64,000 nucleotides of DNA from Isurus oxyrinchus (taxonomy: Eukaryota). Location: assembly GCA_026770705.1 (NCBI GenBank), contig JANJGN010000017.1, positions 30,318,001-30,382,000 on the forward strand, read 5' to 3'. Within the stretch, counting starts at the first letter, position 1, and each line of letters begins with the position of its first letter. Below are positions 24,801 through 38,849 of this stretch, piece after piece. Made by a program: the position numbers and the translations under genes. Below the pieces are notes generated by a model that saw nothing but the letters and a program-made list of their open reading frames with translations, was not told the DNA's origin and did not search any database.

Positions 24801-25705
24801 CCCATTGCCATGGTGATTTGAAAAAGGTGACGGCAGTTTCAACAGGTTTTAGGATAACATAATGTCAAATGCTGAGATTAATTTACTGTTCTGGTGTTTT
24901 TATTTGCTATCAAAATTGAGTCATATTCTTAAAAATCCACTAGATTATGGACTTCCACTTGGTGGAATTTGTATCCCCCCTCCTTTTCCCTGCATGTTTA
25001 CCAAAGAGAGATTGGTGGCACCATTGCCAAGGTAGTTACCAATTGTCTGCCATCCTGTTGGGTATTAGTCATTTGCCAGTGGCACACCAGGATACCTTAG
25101 GAGAACTAAATATAGAACTTCTAATTTCTACAGCAGATTCTTTTTATCTCTCCCCCTCACATCTCCCTCCATTAAGCAGTCCACTCCCCCCACCAGCCAC
25201 CCCCTTTTCCCTTGAATTTGAGATACTCTTTCTATTCTTTCTACATTGCCATCCATTATCTAACAATACTCATTTCAGATATGCTATGGAAGCCAAATAT
25301 GGACTTCGGATTTCTCCACCAATTGAGATCTAGTTTTGGTTAGTAAAGCAATAAAGTGAGGCCTACTTTTCAGGCAGGATACATACACAGACCTCTTTTC
25401 AATTAGAATAGGGCAGTTCTGAACTCCTGCCAAGGGCATGATGCAGGAGGAACCATAGTTCAGCCATTTTTCTTTCCCTTCTGAACACTTCGGATAGCTC
25501 CTCATGATTGGTGCAAGCTGTTTGCTCAAGCCAGACTGCCACATGCTTTACTTAGCTCATTTTCGTGGATTTTGGATCTTTTGATGTCTGTGTACTCTCT
25601 GCCTGGCATTTAAAAATTCATATGCCCTTAATTCCAGTTGATTTTTAACTCTCAGTGTTCCTGCTATGTCCCAGTGCAAAATCAGTTTCCCATCTATCTT
25701 GGAGC

Positions 25706-25765
25706 CATAGAACCATAGAAGAGCTACGGCACAGTAAGAGGCCATTCAGTCCATCGTGTCTGCAC
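25706..25765 (-). mobile_element. CR1-type 3' terminus fragment
   Basis: catagaaccatagaa..ctacggcacagtaagaggccattcagtccatcg is a reversed CR1 tail with its short terminal repeat. Confidence 0.6.
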
Positions 25766-26540
25766 GCTGAAAAATAAAAATGTAGCCGCCCATCCTTGTG
25801 CATGTTGTTACACAATCAGCTTACAGATGTTACTTCCTGCAAGTTTGTTCTTCATCTCCTGTAGCTGGATGCTATGCAAAATCACATCAACATATTAATT
25901 TGTCTCCACTTGGAAGCTTGGATCTGCCCCTGGAGTTTGTGGCAAAGTATCCACAAAGTATTAGGGCTTCCCTGGTAAATAGTAGATTGCATACAAGAAT
26001 ATCACAAGAAATGGACAAAGCCTTTATATTCTAAGAGGTAATTCAATGATATTTTAACGGCTAGTATCCATACAGAAAGAGTTGCTAATAAGATACTCTT
26101 GAAATTTCACACACCTAAGCAAGAGCAAAAGTATCTGTCTCCATCTGTGTTTGTCTTCTTCCGTGTTATGGGGTGTACTCCATTGGTTGTCATTATCCTT
26201 GCTGGGGTTTGTGCAGCAGGATATTCTCACATCTGTCTTCAGGTGACGTGACATCAGTGTGGGTGAGATACTTGGCTTTCCTTTATCTTTTCTGACAACT
26301 ATTCCTTCTCCAGCTACTGTTTCTATTTGAATTATAAATCCAGGGGCTTTTGTAGCAGGCCAGCCTGAAGCTGCTTGTCTAACCTCACACACTACAAATA
26401 TTCCTTGTCGCACTTTAATTTGCCCTGAGTACAGGGAATCTTAGCAGCAATTTGGTAAATCTGCACCGTGATGTCCTTATCCCATGTGTTTTTTAATTTT
26501 TTTTTTAAAAAAGCAACTTTTCCAATTTCCTATTATACCA

Positions 26541-26897
26541 GGTGCAGAAATTGTCGCTCGGCGGGCGTGCACCCGACCTGCTCGGCGTGAAATGACGCGC
26601 ATTGATGTCGGCCGAGCGTGCCGGTGTCGACGTGCAGTCGCGCGATAGTTCAGTCGGCGGGCATGCGCTGGAGCCGGCAGCGCATCCACCGACAATTAAA
26701 AGGCCTGCTAAGGCCATTAAGTTATCAATTAAAGCAAATTTTCCTCTGCACGCCAACCGTTAGGCGAGAAGGCTAAACGGCCTTTGCATTTTTTGGGAAA
26801 GCTGATCCAGGGGCGGGATGAGGTTTCCAAAAGCAAATAAAAATAAAATAAAAATTTTCATTTTTCATTAATAACATGTCCCTGCTCATGTGACAGC
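26541..26897 (+). mobile_element. MITE family A, left half, CpG-rich copy
   Basis: Matches the reverse complement of 35690-36045 and the first half of 60748-61396. Truncated after acatgtccctgctcatgtgacagc. Confidence 0.8.
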
Positions 26898-27013
26898 AGC
26901 CAGTGGCGTAGTTACCCAGGAGTTACAATTGGTTTTAATCCTTCTAACTTTTCCTGGGTAAGTATTTTGCTCAGAGACTCGGAACCATCTGCAGTCTCTG
27001 ATTTTAAATCGGA

Positions 27014-27142
27014 GGGCGGGATTTTCCAGCCGCGCCTGCCACTGGGGATGTCCGGTCCTGCTGAAATTGAATGGACTTTTGGCTGGGCTGCCGAATCTCC
27101 TTGGGCGGATCCCACCCACAACGGGGCTGGAAAATCCCGCCC
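27014..27142. mobile_element. 129-bp MITE with perfect 18-bp TIRs
   Basis: gggcgggattttccagcc ... ggctggaaaatcccgccc. Flanks gga / aga match at 2 of 3 bases. Confidence 0.85.
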
Positions 27143-27409
27143 AGAGTTCTGGAGGGTTCCAGGCGCAGGATAATTATCCAGTGAAAGTTGAAACTTCCCG
27201 GGCAACTCCCATACAGTCCTGGCCTGGGAACTTCTAAAGGGTCTCCTAGCGCATCTTCCAGGGTTTGTTCGTGAAACCCCCCCACTGTGAAATGGAAGCT
27301 TTGTGCCTTATTCATGATTAATAATCAGTTATTAATATTATTTTGAATAATACTTTGCAGAGTAATTTCATGGACAATCCTGCATTTCTCAATTTCCATG
27401 AAATCCATG

Positions 27410-27610
27410 AGATCAAACATTTGCTAGATCCCTACTTATAATGTGTTGCACCTCACTTTCAGAAAACATTTGATACCATTCTGCACAATAAGGTACTAGT
27501 TAAACTCAAAACAGTGCTGATTGAGAGTCAAAATCTGTGAATGAATAAGAAATCAATGAAGGATAGGAAACAGCAGGTACTTGTTGGAGGAGTTGTATCC
27601 AAGTCAATGT
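27410..27610 (+). mobile_element. Old CR1 LINE reverse transcriptase fragment
   Basis: Translates to FQKTFDTILHNKVLVKLK...KDRKQQVLV, matching the CR1 motif DFQKAFD.VPH..L..KL...W..DRKQRV. Confidence 0.7.
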
Positions 27611-30214
27611 GAGATAAGACAAATTGTGTGAGGAGGAGAGGGCAAGAATCTAATTATCACAGCAGTTCTAGTGTAATGCTACCATTATTCTGAACTAAAG
27701 TGCAAATGAATAACTCTATTCATATAATTAATCACATCATTTAATGTAGCATTTCAGATAATATTAATACCCTTTGCTTTAATTTTTATTGTCACTATAT
27801 TCTACCTAAGTAAATCATTTGTTTGGACTAAATTTATATCAGTAACCTTTATCTGTAATTCAATTTATAACTTATTTTCTACTTCATATAAAAATTTATT
27901 AAAACGGGAACATTCTAAAAATGGTTGCTCAGAATCTTTTATTCAGAATGAAACAGTCCATCATTGTGTGTGTCAACTATACGCCAAACTCATTTATAAC
28001 TACATTAAAGAACTTTGGCAAATGGAATAGATAAATGTTTTAAGCTTGCTTTAAATCTGTGAAAATCAATGAAGTATTACAAGAGAAAACAAGGGTGCCA
28101 ATATACTTTTTACTTTGTTCAGAAAGCACAAGGCTAGGCCATATGAGGCTTATTCATTTGTTTATAAAGAGTAGTATTGATGTGTTTGACACTTGCTGCA
28201 TTCAGAATGTGAATAAGTCCAGTTTAGCATTAGACATATGACTGATATTTCCAGCATGTGATTGCCTAGATTTTATAATGGGCTTTTTATACCCTGCATT
28301 CAGACATAAAAAAAGCATTTAATGAAAAATACAAGACATTTGATTACATCCATTAGACAGAAACGCGATGAAAAACAGGCTCAAAAAAATGTTGTCAGAT
28401 GACAGTTTAAGAAACTGAAGACATAGTTAAAAGAAAGCACAATGTGCAAAATATACTTCATGAACAAACTCTCAGAAGTGGCTTTTCTGTCAATTGCAGA
28501 AGGAACAATGCTCTGAATGTTTGTAATCCATTGATCTAGCCATGATTACCAGAACAGATCCTACACACCAAAAAGTATCAGAGGTGCCTTTTCACCATCT
28601 GCTATTCAGTGAACTCCTCCAAAAAGCAGGGCTTCTCTATTTATAGCACTGAGCCGAAAATGAGGAGCAACATACAACTTCACTCCAACTAGGATGCTGG
28701 ATACATTAAAAGGCTGATTATCTTTATACCACTTCTTCATTACTTACACTTTACTGAGACCCACAAGGGGTGCATTTATATATTTTCCATATACCCAGCA
28801 TTAATCAAATAAATGTTTTTTTTTAAACCATTGGACATTGCATAGCTCACATTTTCATAAATAAATGTGTATTTATCAAAATAAAGTGGTAAAAATGATA
28901 GCAACTCAAATTTTCCATAAAAATGGACTTCATGAACAAACACATCTGAGCAGGAAAAGCAAAGTGTCACCAATTGAGTGGACTGTGGAAAGCCCCACAA
29001 CATACAAGGCAGAATTTTAACTTGCAGTCTGTGCATAAAAATGGCATTGTGGGTTGACTACTCCTTATATAAACAGCCTAATTTTCATTTCCATTGATTG
29101 TAAACTGGTGGGACGTGTAATGGGCAAACAATCCACTATCATCCGTTTTCTGCCTAAATGCCATTGATAAAATCAACTACATTATGTTTTTCTAATGAAT
29201 GAAGCATAGCTTTTATCAGATTCTAGCCTTAAATGTCCATGGATCTTCCAGCATATTCCTGTAAGGTTACATCTGATTTCAGTTGGTCAGTCAACTAGCA
29301 GATTCTGTTATGCAAGGCAAACATTGCAGATATCACAATTCGGTTCAAGCTGACACTGACACAAAAAAGGGATCAGATGGCAGAGAGAGGCAGAATTTGC
29401 CAATCAACAGGTTTTATCAAATAAAACTGTTCAATACAATTATGTTTATTATTAGTGGTCAACAGCTTTTTTTATTGATTATTTTGTGATTCATTTTCCC
29501 AATGAATTGTAAAATAAATAGTCATCTTATAAAAACTCTGACAACTTACGAGCAAGGAAAATCCCCAGCGTGATAAATGTCCTAACATACTGCAAAGTAC
29601 ATAAACATTCTCCTGCTTTTTAATTCCCATTAAAAGCTTAATTTTATTGTAGACATGCACCAATAATCCTGCAGCCTGCGCATGAAATGTTCAGATGATA
29701 AGTTTAAAGTCTGTCTTCTGATCTTTAGGATTCTTAGTTGTCCTTTTTTCTTGGTTGGAGTGTCAGAACTAACTGTGGTTTATCATAACCATGAAGGAAG
29801 ATATAAAAGTCCACCATGTGTTAAGAATAAGAAAATTGAAAGCACAGGCTTGTTGTGGGCACAGATTTGGTGATCTTCAATTTAAACTACAAGCAATGGA
29901 TATTTATACTCCATTCATTATCACTGAGGATATTATCAAAACAAAGCGACAGGCATACATGTCTATCATGAAAGAAGAATTTGATTTACAAAGTACGATA
30001 GCATCTTGAAAGCACGGTTGCAAGAGGACAACCAAAAATTAAATATCTTCAGAATTCATGGATGGATTTTAGTCAAGGAAAAAGGGTATCAAGGCGCAAA
30101 GAAACCAACTCTTCAAAAATGGGTTAAAATATCAGGATATTCCAACACATTTCTTGTAATTTACATAATTGAATGATATTTTTAAAGTATCAAATTTAAA
30201 ATATCTTCTCTGCC

Positions 30215-31130
30215 ATATTGGATAACCCCTGAAATCAGTCTGGAGGATCATGATCTGCAATTAACCCCTACTTCCTGGGCAAACTTCACGCTGCCTGCTC
30301 ATTGAAACGATGCCGTATTGACGAATGGCTGCCTGCCCAGGTAGGGTGCACAAAGCTGTGAAACACCAGCAGGAGGTCAATTAACCTACACTGCTTAAAG
30401 CCAGCCTGTGTCTTGCTACATCTCAGTTGCAGTGGGTGCAGGAAGTCATTGTAAAATTGAATTTCATCTGGAAAAGACCTGGGCAGGTATGGCTTCCTGC
30501 TGAGAGCCCTTCTCCCCCTCCCCGCTCTTCCAGCAGCTTGTCCTGCCCTGTATCACCTGAGCTCATTCTCCTGTCATGCTATAAGCCACAGGAAATGCAA
30601 ACTACTGCACTCATGTCTGGGAACAAGTGGTTTGTGCAGAATCGTTAATGTCAGCATAAAAGCTGATAACCTGTGCCACACCACTTCCTGTAGGCTTCAG
30701 TAACTTTTAAGCACTTCTGGAAACCACCAAACACATTGAATAACTCAGCAACAGCCCGTATAGATCAATCAGAAACCAACCCTAAGTATAGTTGGTGATC
30801 CTTTTAAATAGTCCAGGTTGGGATTTTTCCTGATGCTGAATGCATATTCGACTGAGTGTGTTTAAAATGCCGGATCGCTTAGAGCATTGAGCTCAAAATG
30901 GTAGCACTGGTGTCAAATCAGCAGTATACTCTTATTGATGGCACAATCCACTTACTCTGCATTCTTCCAGTGGATGTTGTAAGCTTACACACTAATGCCC
31001 TCACTGAAACGATGCTGGGCACAGATAGCACCAGAAGTGCACATGCATGTGCATGTCCTGCAGACACCATTTTGGAGGCAAAACAACACTCTTCATGCTG
31101 AAAATCTGGTTGCTACAGAGTTGAATTTCA
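30215..31130. mobile_element. Degenerate non-autonomous transposon relic
   Basis: 30730-30990 resembles 46090-46300 (cctt..aaatag..catgctg, gagctc.aaaatgg.agc.ctgg..tcaa) and ends in a TIR-like gaatttcac. Confidence 0.4.
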
Positions 31131-31278
31131 CAGAACTTACATTTCATATGCTCAGAAATAATTCCTTAACTTTGGTTCTGTAGAAAATTCTCACAATACC
31201 TACAGGCATTGCCCTTCTTTCAACTTCCATTTCTATATTGCATTGCATTTCTTTTTGTTTTCAGGCTGTTATCTCACT

Positions 31279-31832
31279 GAGTAGCATTTTCCTCCCCGTT
31301 GGGGGTGGGGGTGGGGGGTGCGGGAGCGGGCCGGTTCCTTATTGCCGTCCCCAGTCGGGGGCACGCTACCATTTTAAGTGGGCGGTCCAATTAAGGCCCG
31401 CCCAGCATGATGTCCACCTGGAAGTGCTGTGCACTCCCTGTGCAAGCGGGTGGGGAGGGATTCCCTGAACCAGGAGTGCGCTATTTCGCACATGCCTGTG
31501 TGAAAGAGCGCACAGATCTCACTGAGGCAAAGTGCTGCCACAGGGAGGTCAGTGTTACTTTTGAAAACCTAATTAAAGACAGAAAGAAATTTAAGGACAT
31601 GTCCCCTCATGTGAAACTGTCACCTGAGATGTCACCTGGGACAAGTCCATTACTTTTATTAAAAAATTTTCGTGAAATTTTAAAACTTACATGAGACCTC
31701 ATCCTGCCCTTGGATGAGGTTTCATGCATTATCTGAAGGCCGTGTGGCCTCCTCGCCTGCCCGCCAACCTTAAGGTTGAATGGGCTGGCCCATTAAGTTC
31801 ATTAATTAGTTTTTTAGTGGCCATAATAGGCT
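31279..31832 (-). mobile_element. MITE family A, partial reverse copy
   Basis: Reverse complement of ~350-932 (ccattttaagtgggcggtccaattaaggcccgccca; ggacatgtcccctcatgtga; cctcatcc..ggatgaggtttcatg). Confidence 0.8.
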
Positions 31833-33094
31833 CAAGTGTCTTTTCCATTTACTTCAATCTTGCCCTTTTGTCTTATGAGTTCTAATTGAAATATTGTGAT
31901 AAAGTTGTTTTGCATAGTAGTTATTGAAAATATATTGTGCTGAGAAGCAGCAATCAGCAGAGTCTTCAGACTTGCTGATCAAGAAAACACAGAAACAATT
32001 GTGAAACATTCAATCGTTGTCCCCTGGTCTCTTAAAAGGTGTGTTGCACAGAGACACCTGAGGGCTCCAACACTTCTCACTCACCTATGTTGTTCAATCA
32101 TTCCACTTTGTTGCTCAAGAGTCAATTGATCTTTCTATCCTGTGAGATTACTGATAAAATAGAATCTAATTACACCACTTGTATGAACTAATTATATTGA
32201 GTAATATACACGCAGCCAGAGGAAAATAATCTTCTATTTCTACAGAAATGGAAAAGGTTTCGTGCAGTTTATCTGGGTTCACATATTGAATCTTTCTCCC
32301 AAATATGAATTTACTGTCACTGTGTCCATAAGGTGTAATGTGTAGAACATGTCAATGAGTGCTGAGGCAGTCACCGATATCAGTGCCATTGTCTGCAGTG
32401 TTATAAATAACTATTGGGATATTTTCCTGTCAAATTCACAATGTTGCACAATGCTGTTAAAGAAAATTTGTACTTTCTGGTTTGTTTAATAGTCACAGTG
32501 GGATTACCTATAGGGCACAGACAAACTAACACTGCATTACATCATTGCTGCTCTTTATCTTAATGCCTCATGCTGCATATATAATCGGATTATATCTGTA
32601 ACCAGGTGCCAACAATGGGTGCCATCATTTTAGTAGGACCTTTGTGTGATTGTTTGGTGAATTGATTGGTCAATCTTGAAATTGGAAAACATTTCATGCA
32701 TGATTGAGGGAGAGGGTTAAAGTTTGGGGCGGGGAGGTGGAAGAATAAGGGGCCCAAAAATAGGAGAAACACCGGGGACCATGATTTCTCTCCAGGCCCA
32801 GATTTGAGGTGCTCTACCTTTATAGCATAACAGTTGCAAGGCTGTTAAGTTCCTAACTGCAACACTTAATTCTAAATACAATAATTTCATTTCCAGAGAA
32901 TTTATTGCTTTCTTCATGCTAGGCACTTCTGACCTTACAGCTAAGCTACAGAACTTAGTTTTAAGCAATGTTTTAACTCAACCCGTTAGAATCAAAAGAA
33001 AAAAACTTTGACTTGTATATTTGGCCTGTCTCATTTGTAGGTCTCATCCTAAACCCAGTCTTTTAAAACCAGAATATACATAAATACCTGTACA

Positions 33095-33155
33095 GTATTT
33101 CCAGCATTTTTGGTTCTTATTTCAGATTTCTAGTATCCACAGTCTTTTGGTTTTG
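33095..33155 (+). mobile_element. Decayed PLE tail fragment
   Basis: tttccagcatttttggttcttatttcagatttctagtatccacagtcttttggtttt resembles 11953-12009. Confidence 0.55.
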
Positions 33156-33642
33156 CAAATGTAAATTCAAGTTGATTAAACTGTAAGCACTATTCTATGG
33201 CGGCAAATTGAAGCTTTGAACAGTGACGGTGAAGACATATACAACCTCAAACTGACAGAGATGTTCTAAATGTCATCTCTCTCCAGGGCTCCAGCAGTGT
33301 AAACTGCAACTTTTCAATCCTGACATGTAATCTATGAATACAAATCAGTTTGCAAACTGATTATTCCTTAAATGCAAATCAATTATATTTTGTAAGCTCA
33401 TATTTTATTAGCATTTTAATTGATTTCTTTGGCAGTTTTTGGAACATCAATTATCCTTAATAAAGTAACATCTTTGGAAGATTTGATAAATGTTTCTCAA
33501 TAAGGATAATATTCCAATAACTCAGTGCCACCAAGTTGCCGAGGTTATCTACCTGAGCCTTTATGAGTTGGGAATAGGTCTGGGTTAGTATGTCCACAAA
33601 TGACGGATTTCAGTTAGATGGGAACCAAGTGCAAGAGTGAGA

Positions 33643-34500
33643 AAACACAAGAAAGAGGAGCAGGGGTAGACCATATAGCCCATAGAGCCTGCTTTGCCAT
33701 TCAGTATGATCATGGCTGACCTTGGGCTTCAACTCCACATTTCCGCCCACTCCTCATAGCCCTTGATTCCTTGAGTGAGCAAAAATCTGTCTATTGCACC
33801 CATAAATGTAATCAACAATAGAGCATCCACAATCCTCTGGGATTGAAAATTCCAAAGACTCACAACTCTTTGAGTCAAGTACCCATGTATTAGATTCCCT
33901 AAATAATGGAAACAATCTCTCATTGCCTACCCTATCAAGATGCTTCAATGAGACTGCCTCTCATTCTTCAGAGAATAAGGGCCCAATTTCCACAGCCTTG
34001 CATCATAGGACAACCCTCTCATCCTAGGGACCAATTTAGTGAACCTTCGCTGACTGAGTCCAATTCAAGTATAACCTTCCTTAAATAAGAAATCAAAACT
34101 GCACACAGCATTCCAGATGTGGTCTCACATCTACAATTGTTGCAAGACTTCTTTATTCCTGTATTCCAATCCCTTGTAATAAAGACCAAGATGCCAATTG
34201 CCTTCCAAATTGCTTGTTGTACCTGCATGCTAACTTTCTGTATCCCTTGTGTGAGTGCACCCAAGTCTCTTTGAACATCAACATTCACAAGTTTCACAAC
34301 TTCTCAAAAATATTCTGCTTTTCTATTCTTATGACCAAAGTGAATAACTTCACACTTCCCCAAATTATACTCTATCTGCAATCTTGTTGCCCACTCACTT
34401 AACCTATCTCTCTGCAGCCTATCTGTATCCTCCCCACAGCTTACCTTTCTGCCTAGCTTTGTATCATCGGCAAACTCTGTCTCTTCATCTAAGTCATGAG
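33643..34500 (-). mobile_element. CR1 LINE 3' portion (RT C-terminus and 3' UTR)
   Basis: Minus-strand peptides FADDTKLGRKVS..RLQRD.LSEWA..QIEYNLGKCEVIHFG, VQRDLG..VSMQVQQAI.KA.GIL and TQRVVSLWN. CR1 tail near 33645-33690. Confidence 0.92.
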
Positions 34501-34523
34501 TATAGCAGGCAATAGTGAACGCA

Positions 34524-34631
34524 TCTGCAAATAAAAACAGAATTACCTGGAAAAATTCAGTAGGTCTGGCAGCATCGGCGGAGAAGAAAATAGTTGACGT
34601 TTCGAGTGCTGATGACCCTTCAACAGAATTG
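34524..34631 (-). mobile_element. Penelope-like terminal fragment (second subfamily) with variant hammerhead motif
   Basis: Homologous to 11792-11891. Minus strand 34592-34630 reads aatt-CTGTTGA-a-gggt-catcagc-actc-GAAA-cg-TC-aact. Confidence 0.75.
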
Positions 34632-35416
34632 AAAATAGCCAGAATTCTGAGGGCTTTCTTTACCAAGACCCTGTATCACTGCCTCAAATGGTGGTCTATT
34701 ATGAACAGTGGACTTATACAAGAATTCAGTATAGATCTCAGGCAACATCACCATTAGCCTCTTTCCGCACTAGCCCCAAAGGTTACAGATCATTCTAGTA
34801 TACTCAGGGTGCCATTTTTTGGCTATTTTTTGAAGTGGAAAAATGTAATTCTTCATTTATTATTCACATGTTTATTCATTATCACTGGTTAGTCTTTGAG
34901 CAATCTATAATTACAAACCACCTGAGCTTGCTGTGGTAAGGATTCAATCAGGGAGAGTGAACAGATGAACTGCTATCAGTATAAACCTCAAATTGGTAGC
35001 TACACTCTTAAGCCCAATCCATATAAATTCCTGAGTGACACTCTGGTCATCCACTAGTATAACCTCTTGATGCAATTTGACAGGAGGTTCTCAGAACCCC
35101 TGGGGAAATGGCTTAAGTGATTTCCAACATTAACATTATTTGTGCGGGGGTTCTGCTATTCTCTTCCTGATGTTATGTTAGGAGATTGGAGATTGTAGTT
35201 AAATGTCCTTTAGTCAGCTTCACGTTTGCATTTCTTAAATGTTTTTATTCATCTCATTATCACTCACCACCCACCACTCCAACCCCCAATAACAAAACCC
35301 GAATCAATGCTTTCATTACCTTATGGGTTGACTTCTCAAATGCTTTTCTGTTCTTTCCATCCTTCACAAATTCCATTACGTCCAGAAATTTCCAGCCCTC
35401 GCTTCTCTTACACAAA

Positions 35417-36045
35417 GGGCAGAATTTTGTCCTTGTCAGGCGGGCATGGCGGGCAGGCCCGGTAGTGGTCGCAGAGCCAATTGCCACCTGCTGGCTGGCC
35501 AATTAACAGTCAGCCAGGGCGAAACGCGCACTGCAGTGCTCGGTGACGCTGGGGTGGGGGCGGCAGGAGCATGAGCGCTGAAGTTTGTGCATGCGCGTGT
35601 GTGCCTCAGAGAGCTGAAGGTTTTTATCAATATAAATAAAGAATTTTAAAATAATGAAAACATGTCCCCTTATGTGACTCTATCACATGAGCAGGGACAT
35701 ATAAAATATGAGTGCAAAATGTTATTTATTTATTTTAATCACTGGACAAAGCCTCATCCCGCCCGTGGATGAGATTTCTCCAACAAAATGCAAAGGCCGC
35801 TTGGCATTTTCGCCCGGCCGGTTAGATGGGGTGCGAAAAATTGAAGACAATTAGTTCCTTAAGAGCCTTAATAGGCCGCTTAATTGTCGGTGGGCGTGCT
35901 GCTGACTCCCCCCCGTGCACCCGCCGATCGAAATATCGCGCAAGTGCGCGATGATGTCAGGACGCTCGCCCAACGTCATCGTGCGTCACCTTACGCTCAT
36001 TCGGGTCGGGCATGTGCCTGCCCAACGAGCGCAATATTTCTGCCC
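35417..36045 (-). mobile_element. MITE family A, complete reverse copy
   Basis: TIRs gggcagaattttg / caatatttctgccc. 3-bp TSD AAA at 35414-35416 and 36046-36048. Confidence 0.85.
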
Positions 36046-36514
36046 AAAGTCTTACACATGTACTCAACCCTGTGCCTATCAAGCCCCAGTGAGTCTCTGG
36101 TATCCTAACACATCTGTTTGAAGGTCCTCATTTTCGTTGTCAAATCTTTCCATTTTGACTCAGCAATCTTTTCCAACCTGTAATTACTGCTTTCGTCCTC
36201 TAAATTGAATTACTGCTGCCTGTTTACTCCTCATGACCATCAGAGACTCTCCTTCTCTGCCTTAGTGTTTGAAACTTCCCCAAAACTACTTTGCCTTGTT
36301 ACCTCGACCGCTTTTCTAAGCACTTCAAAACATTTTACGTAACAGGTGTTACATAATGGAAATTTCATTGTCAATTGGTGACAACCAAGGTTTAGCTGTT
36401 GACAGTATTACTAGGTTATTGCTTTAACATTGATCACAGCATTTGCAACACTTTTTTAAAAGATTTTGGACCTCTTCAAGTAGCTAGTCTCAGATCATTT
36501 GTGATTTGAACAAA

Positions 36515-37004
36515 GAAAGAGGAAGGAATTTATATTTACATTGTGCGTTTCACGGCCTCAGGCTGTCTAAAAGTAGTACACAGCCAATAAAGCACTTCTA
36601 ATTAAAATCAGGGACAGGTAGAGCTGGATAGAGGGCCAGTAATAGCTGTCAGACCTGCTGAGTGTTTCCTGGTATTTTGTTTTGTTCTAGATTTCCAGCA
36701 TCTGTAGTATTTTGCTTTTAAATAATATGGTAATCTGTTTTTGATCATATTGGTTCAGGGATAAATACTTGACCAGGGCATTAAGAGAACTCCCCTGCCT
36801 TTCTTTTGATAGTGCCCTATGATCTTTTACGCCCACCCGAGAGACAAACAGGACCATGGTTTAATGTCTCATCCAAAATTTAGCATCACGGACAATGCAG
36901 CACTCCCTCAGTGCTGCACTGGAGTGTGAGTCTAGATTTTGTGCTCGAGTGTCTAGAGTGGAGTTTCTCACTCAGCAGTGAGAGTGCTACCACTGAGCCA
37001 AGCC
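36515..37004 (-). mobile_element. DeuSINE (SacSINE1-like) with a nested PLE fragment at ~36601-36720
   Basis: Reverse homolog of 3786-4153 (gagagtgctaccactgagcca head; gcagcactccctcagtgctg; gataaatacttgaccagg..gaactccc). The insert ends gatttccagcatctgtagtattttgctttta, the PLE tail. Confidence 0.8.
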
Positions 37005-38849
37005 TTACACCTAACAAGATGTAGTACATCTATGGCAGGTCAGAAGGGCAAGTTTCAGCATCTTTAGAGAGAACTAAGACTCTCAGGCACAATCAAAATT
37101 AACCAGCGTGAGTGTCATACACCATGCAGGCCTGTTTTCCCATGCACAATGCTAGGTAAAGCAGCAGCTTGTGGCACTCTACAGAATAGTGTGTGGAGCT
37201 GAGATCATAATATGTAGAAAGATTACTGGTGATGTACAAAAGCAACCAAATCTTTTAAACTAATTCAACAATGTTGAAATAATATAATTATTTTTTTCTA
37301 AAACATTGGGTTAATTTTATGATTTAGTTCACAGTGAAACAAATCAGCCAAAAAAGGTAGATTTTCAACTACTATGTTACATAATTGGACACTTAATTGC
37401 AAGATTCAAATATGATTCTGATCCTAGAGAAATATTGTACTGGTTGTCACCCTATAGCTGAGAATTTACTATTCTGAAATTGATCATCTGAGTAGTTGGG
37501 TGGGATGGGGTTCCCAAGTGCACTACCTGCTCAGAGCCCCTACCCTCTAATCAAAAATGCCGGAAAAATTGGAAGACACTGTCACAAGTGTACAGGAATG
37601 CCAAAGGGGGAGAAAGCAAGAAAAATAATTGCAAGAATAGAATATAATAATCAAAAAATAGTTTGCTGTATCCATGCAGAATTGTACATATTCCTGATTT
37701 TGCAAAGTTATCATTTTCAGTGAACAACAGCCACAATGTATTCTCTTTAATCTACCTCCCATTAAGAGTTTGACCTGTCATGTGCATTCCTTGTTCACAA
37801 ACCTTACTTCCTTATCATGATTTTGAGCAGCATTTTTGATAATCAATGGTAAACATTTACAAAGGAAAAATCTGTGAGACATTTCAGCATCATGGTCTGT
37901 TGATGAAAATATCAAACTACTTGAAATGCTTTTCGAAAATTATTTTCTCCAACAATTTTTGCACAGTAACAGGAAACAATAATTAGAATGATTCTATTTT
38001 TAAACACAAAGCTCATGTTATAATGAGAATTGGCTTGTTTTCGCAATTCAGCTAATTTGTTATTTTTCCCCAAAACAATTGCCAATTAGAAAAAGGGCGC
38101 TAAACAAAATAAACAAATAATAAATTATATATTTCACAATAACATAATCAAATTTTTCTGCTGCATTGACTTCTGTGTCTTTCATTACCTTCATTAAGGT
38201 TTTTATTTGAAGGCCTTCCAACAACCTGGGTTCGGACTGGATATTTTTGTGCAGATCAATGATGCTGTTAACTGAAGGCCAATCCTACAGTCAAAGCACG
38301 TGCTGTTTCCCAGGATTCATCCATCGCATTTAAGCTAGACAAATGATAGAGTGCTTCTCTTTCAGTCACTAGGAAAATCTATTTAGCTATTTTTCAAAAT
38401 TATTTGCAGTAAAGCTAGAGAGGAATTTTCAAAAGTTTAGTCAGGTGAAGTTTGCGTTGAATGTTTTTGTTTTTAGAACAGAAAAGGTGTGTTCACTAAC
38501 ATATGATGACAGACACCATGATCAGAAATTTGATTGCGCCAGACACAGGGTACTATCTCAATGCTACACATGCTGAATGTGCATCGTGGGGATGGTGGCA
38601 GGATCATGGGAATTTGGTCTACTGACCTCAATTATCACTGTCAAACCACAGGCTCAGTCATGCTCCAGAGGCAGCTTGGCTGGTAAGAAAGCGGATAAGG
38701 ATTGTATGCAGAGTTCAGGGAACAGGTGGACGTCAGAAGTAGGTGAGTGATGGTTGCCAGGTGAACCCAAATTTAATGTGGAGTTAGGAGAAGCACCACA
38801 GCTCTTCCAAACTCAACAATAAGGAAATTTAAAAATAAAGTTGAAGTGA

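Noticed and set aside
26541-26700. CpG-island-like patches (also 35880-36040 and 60780-60900)
   Set aside because: They coincide with young MITE copies rather than promoters.
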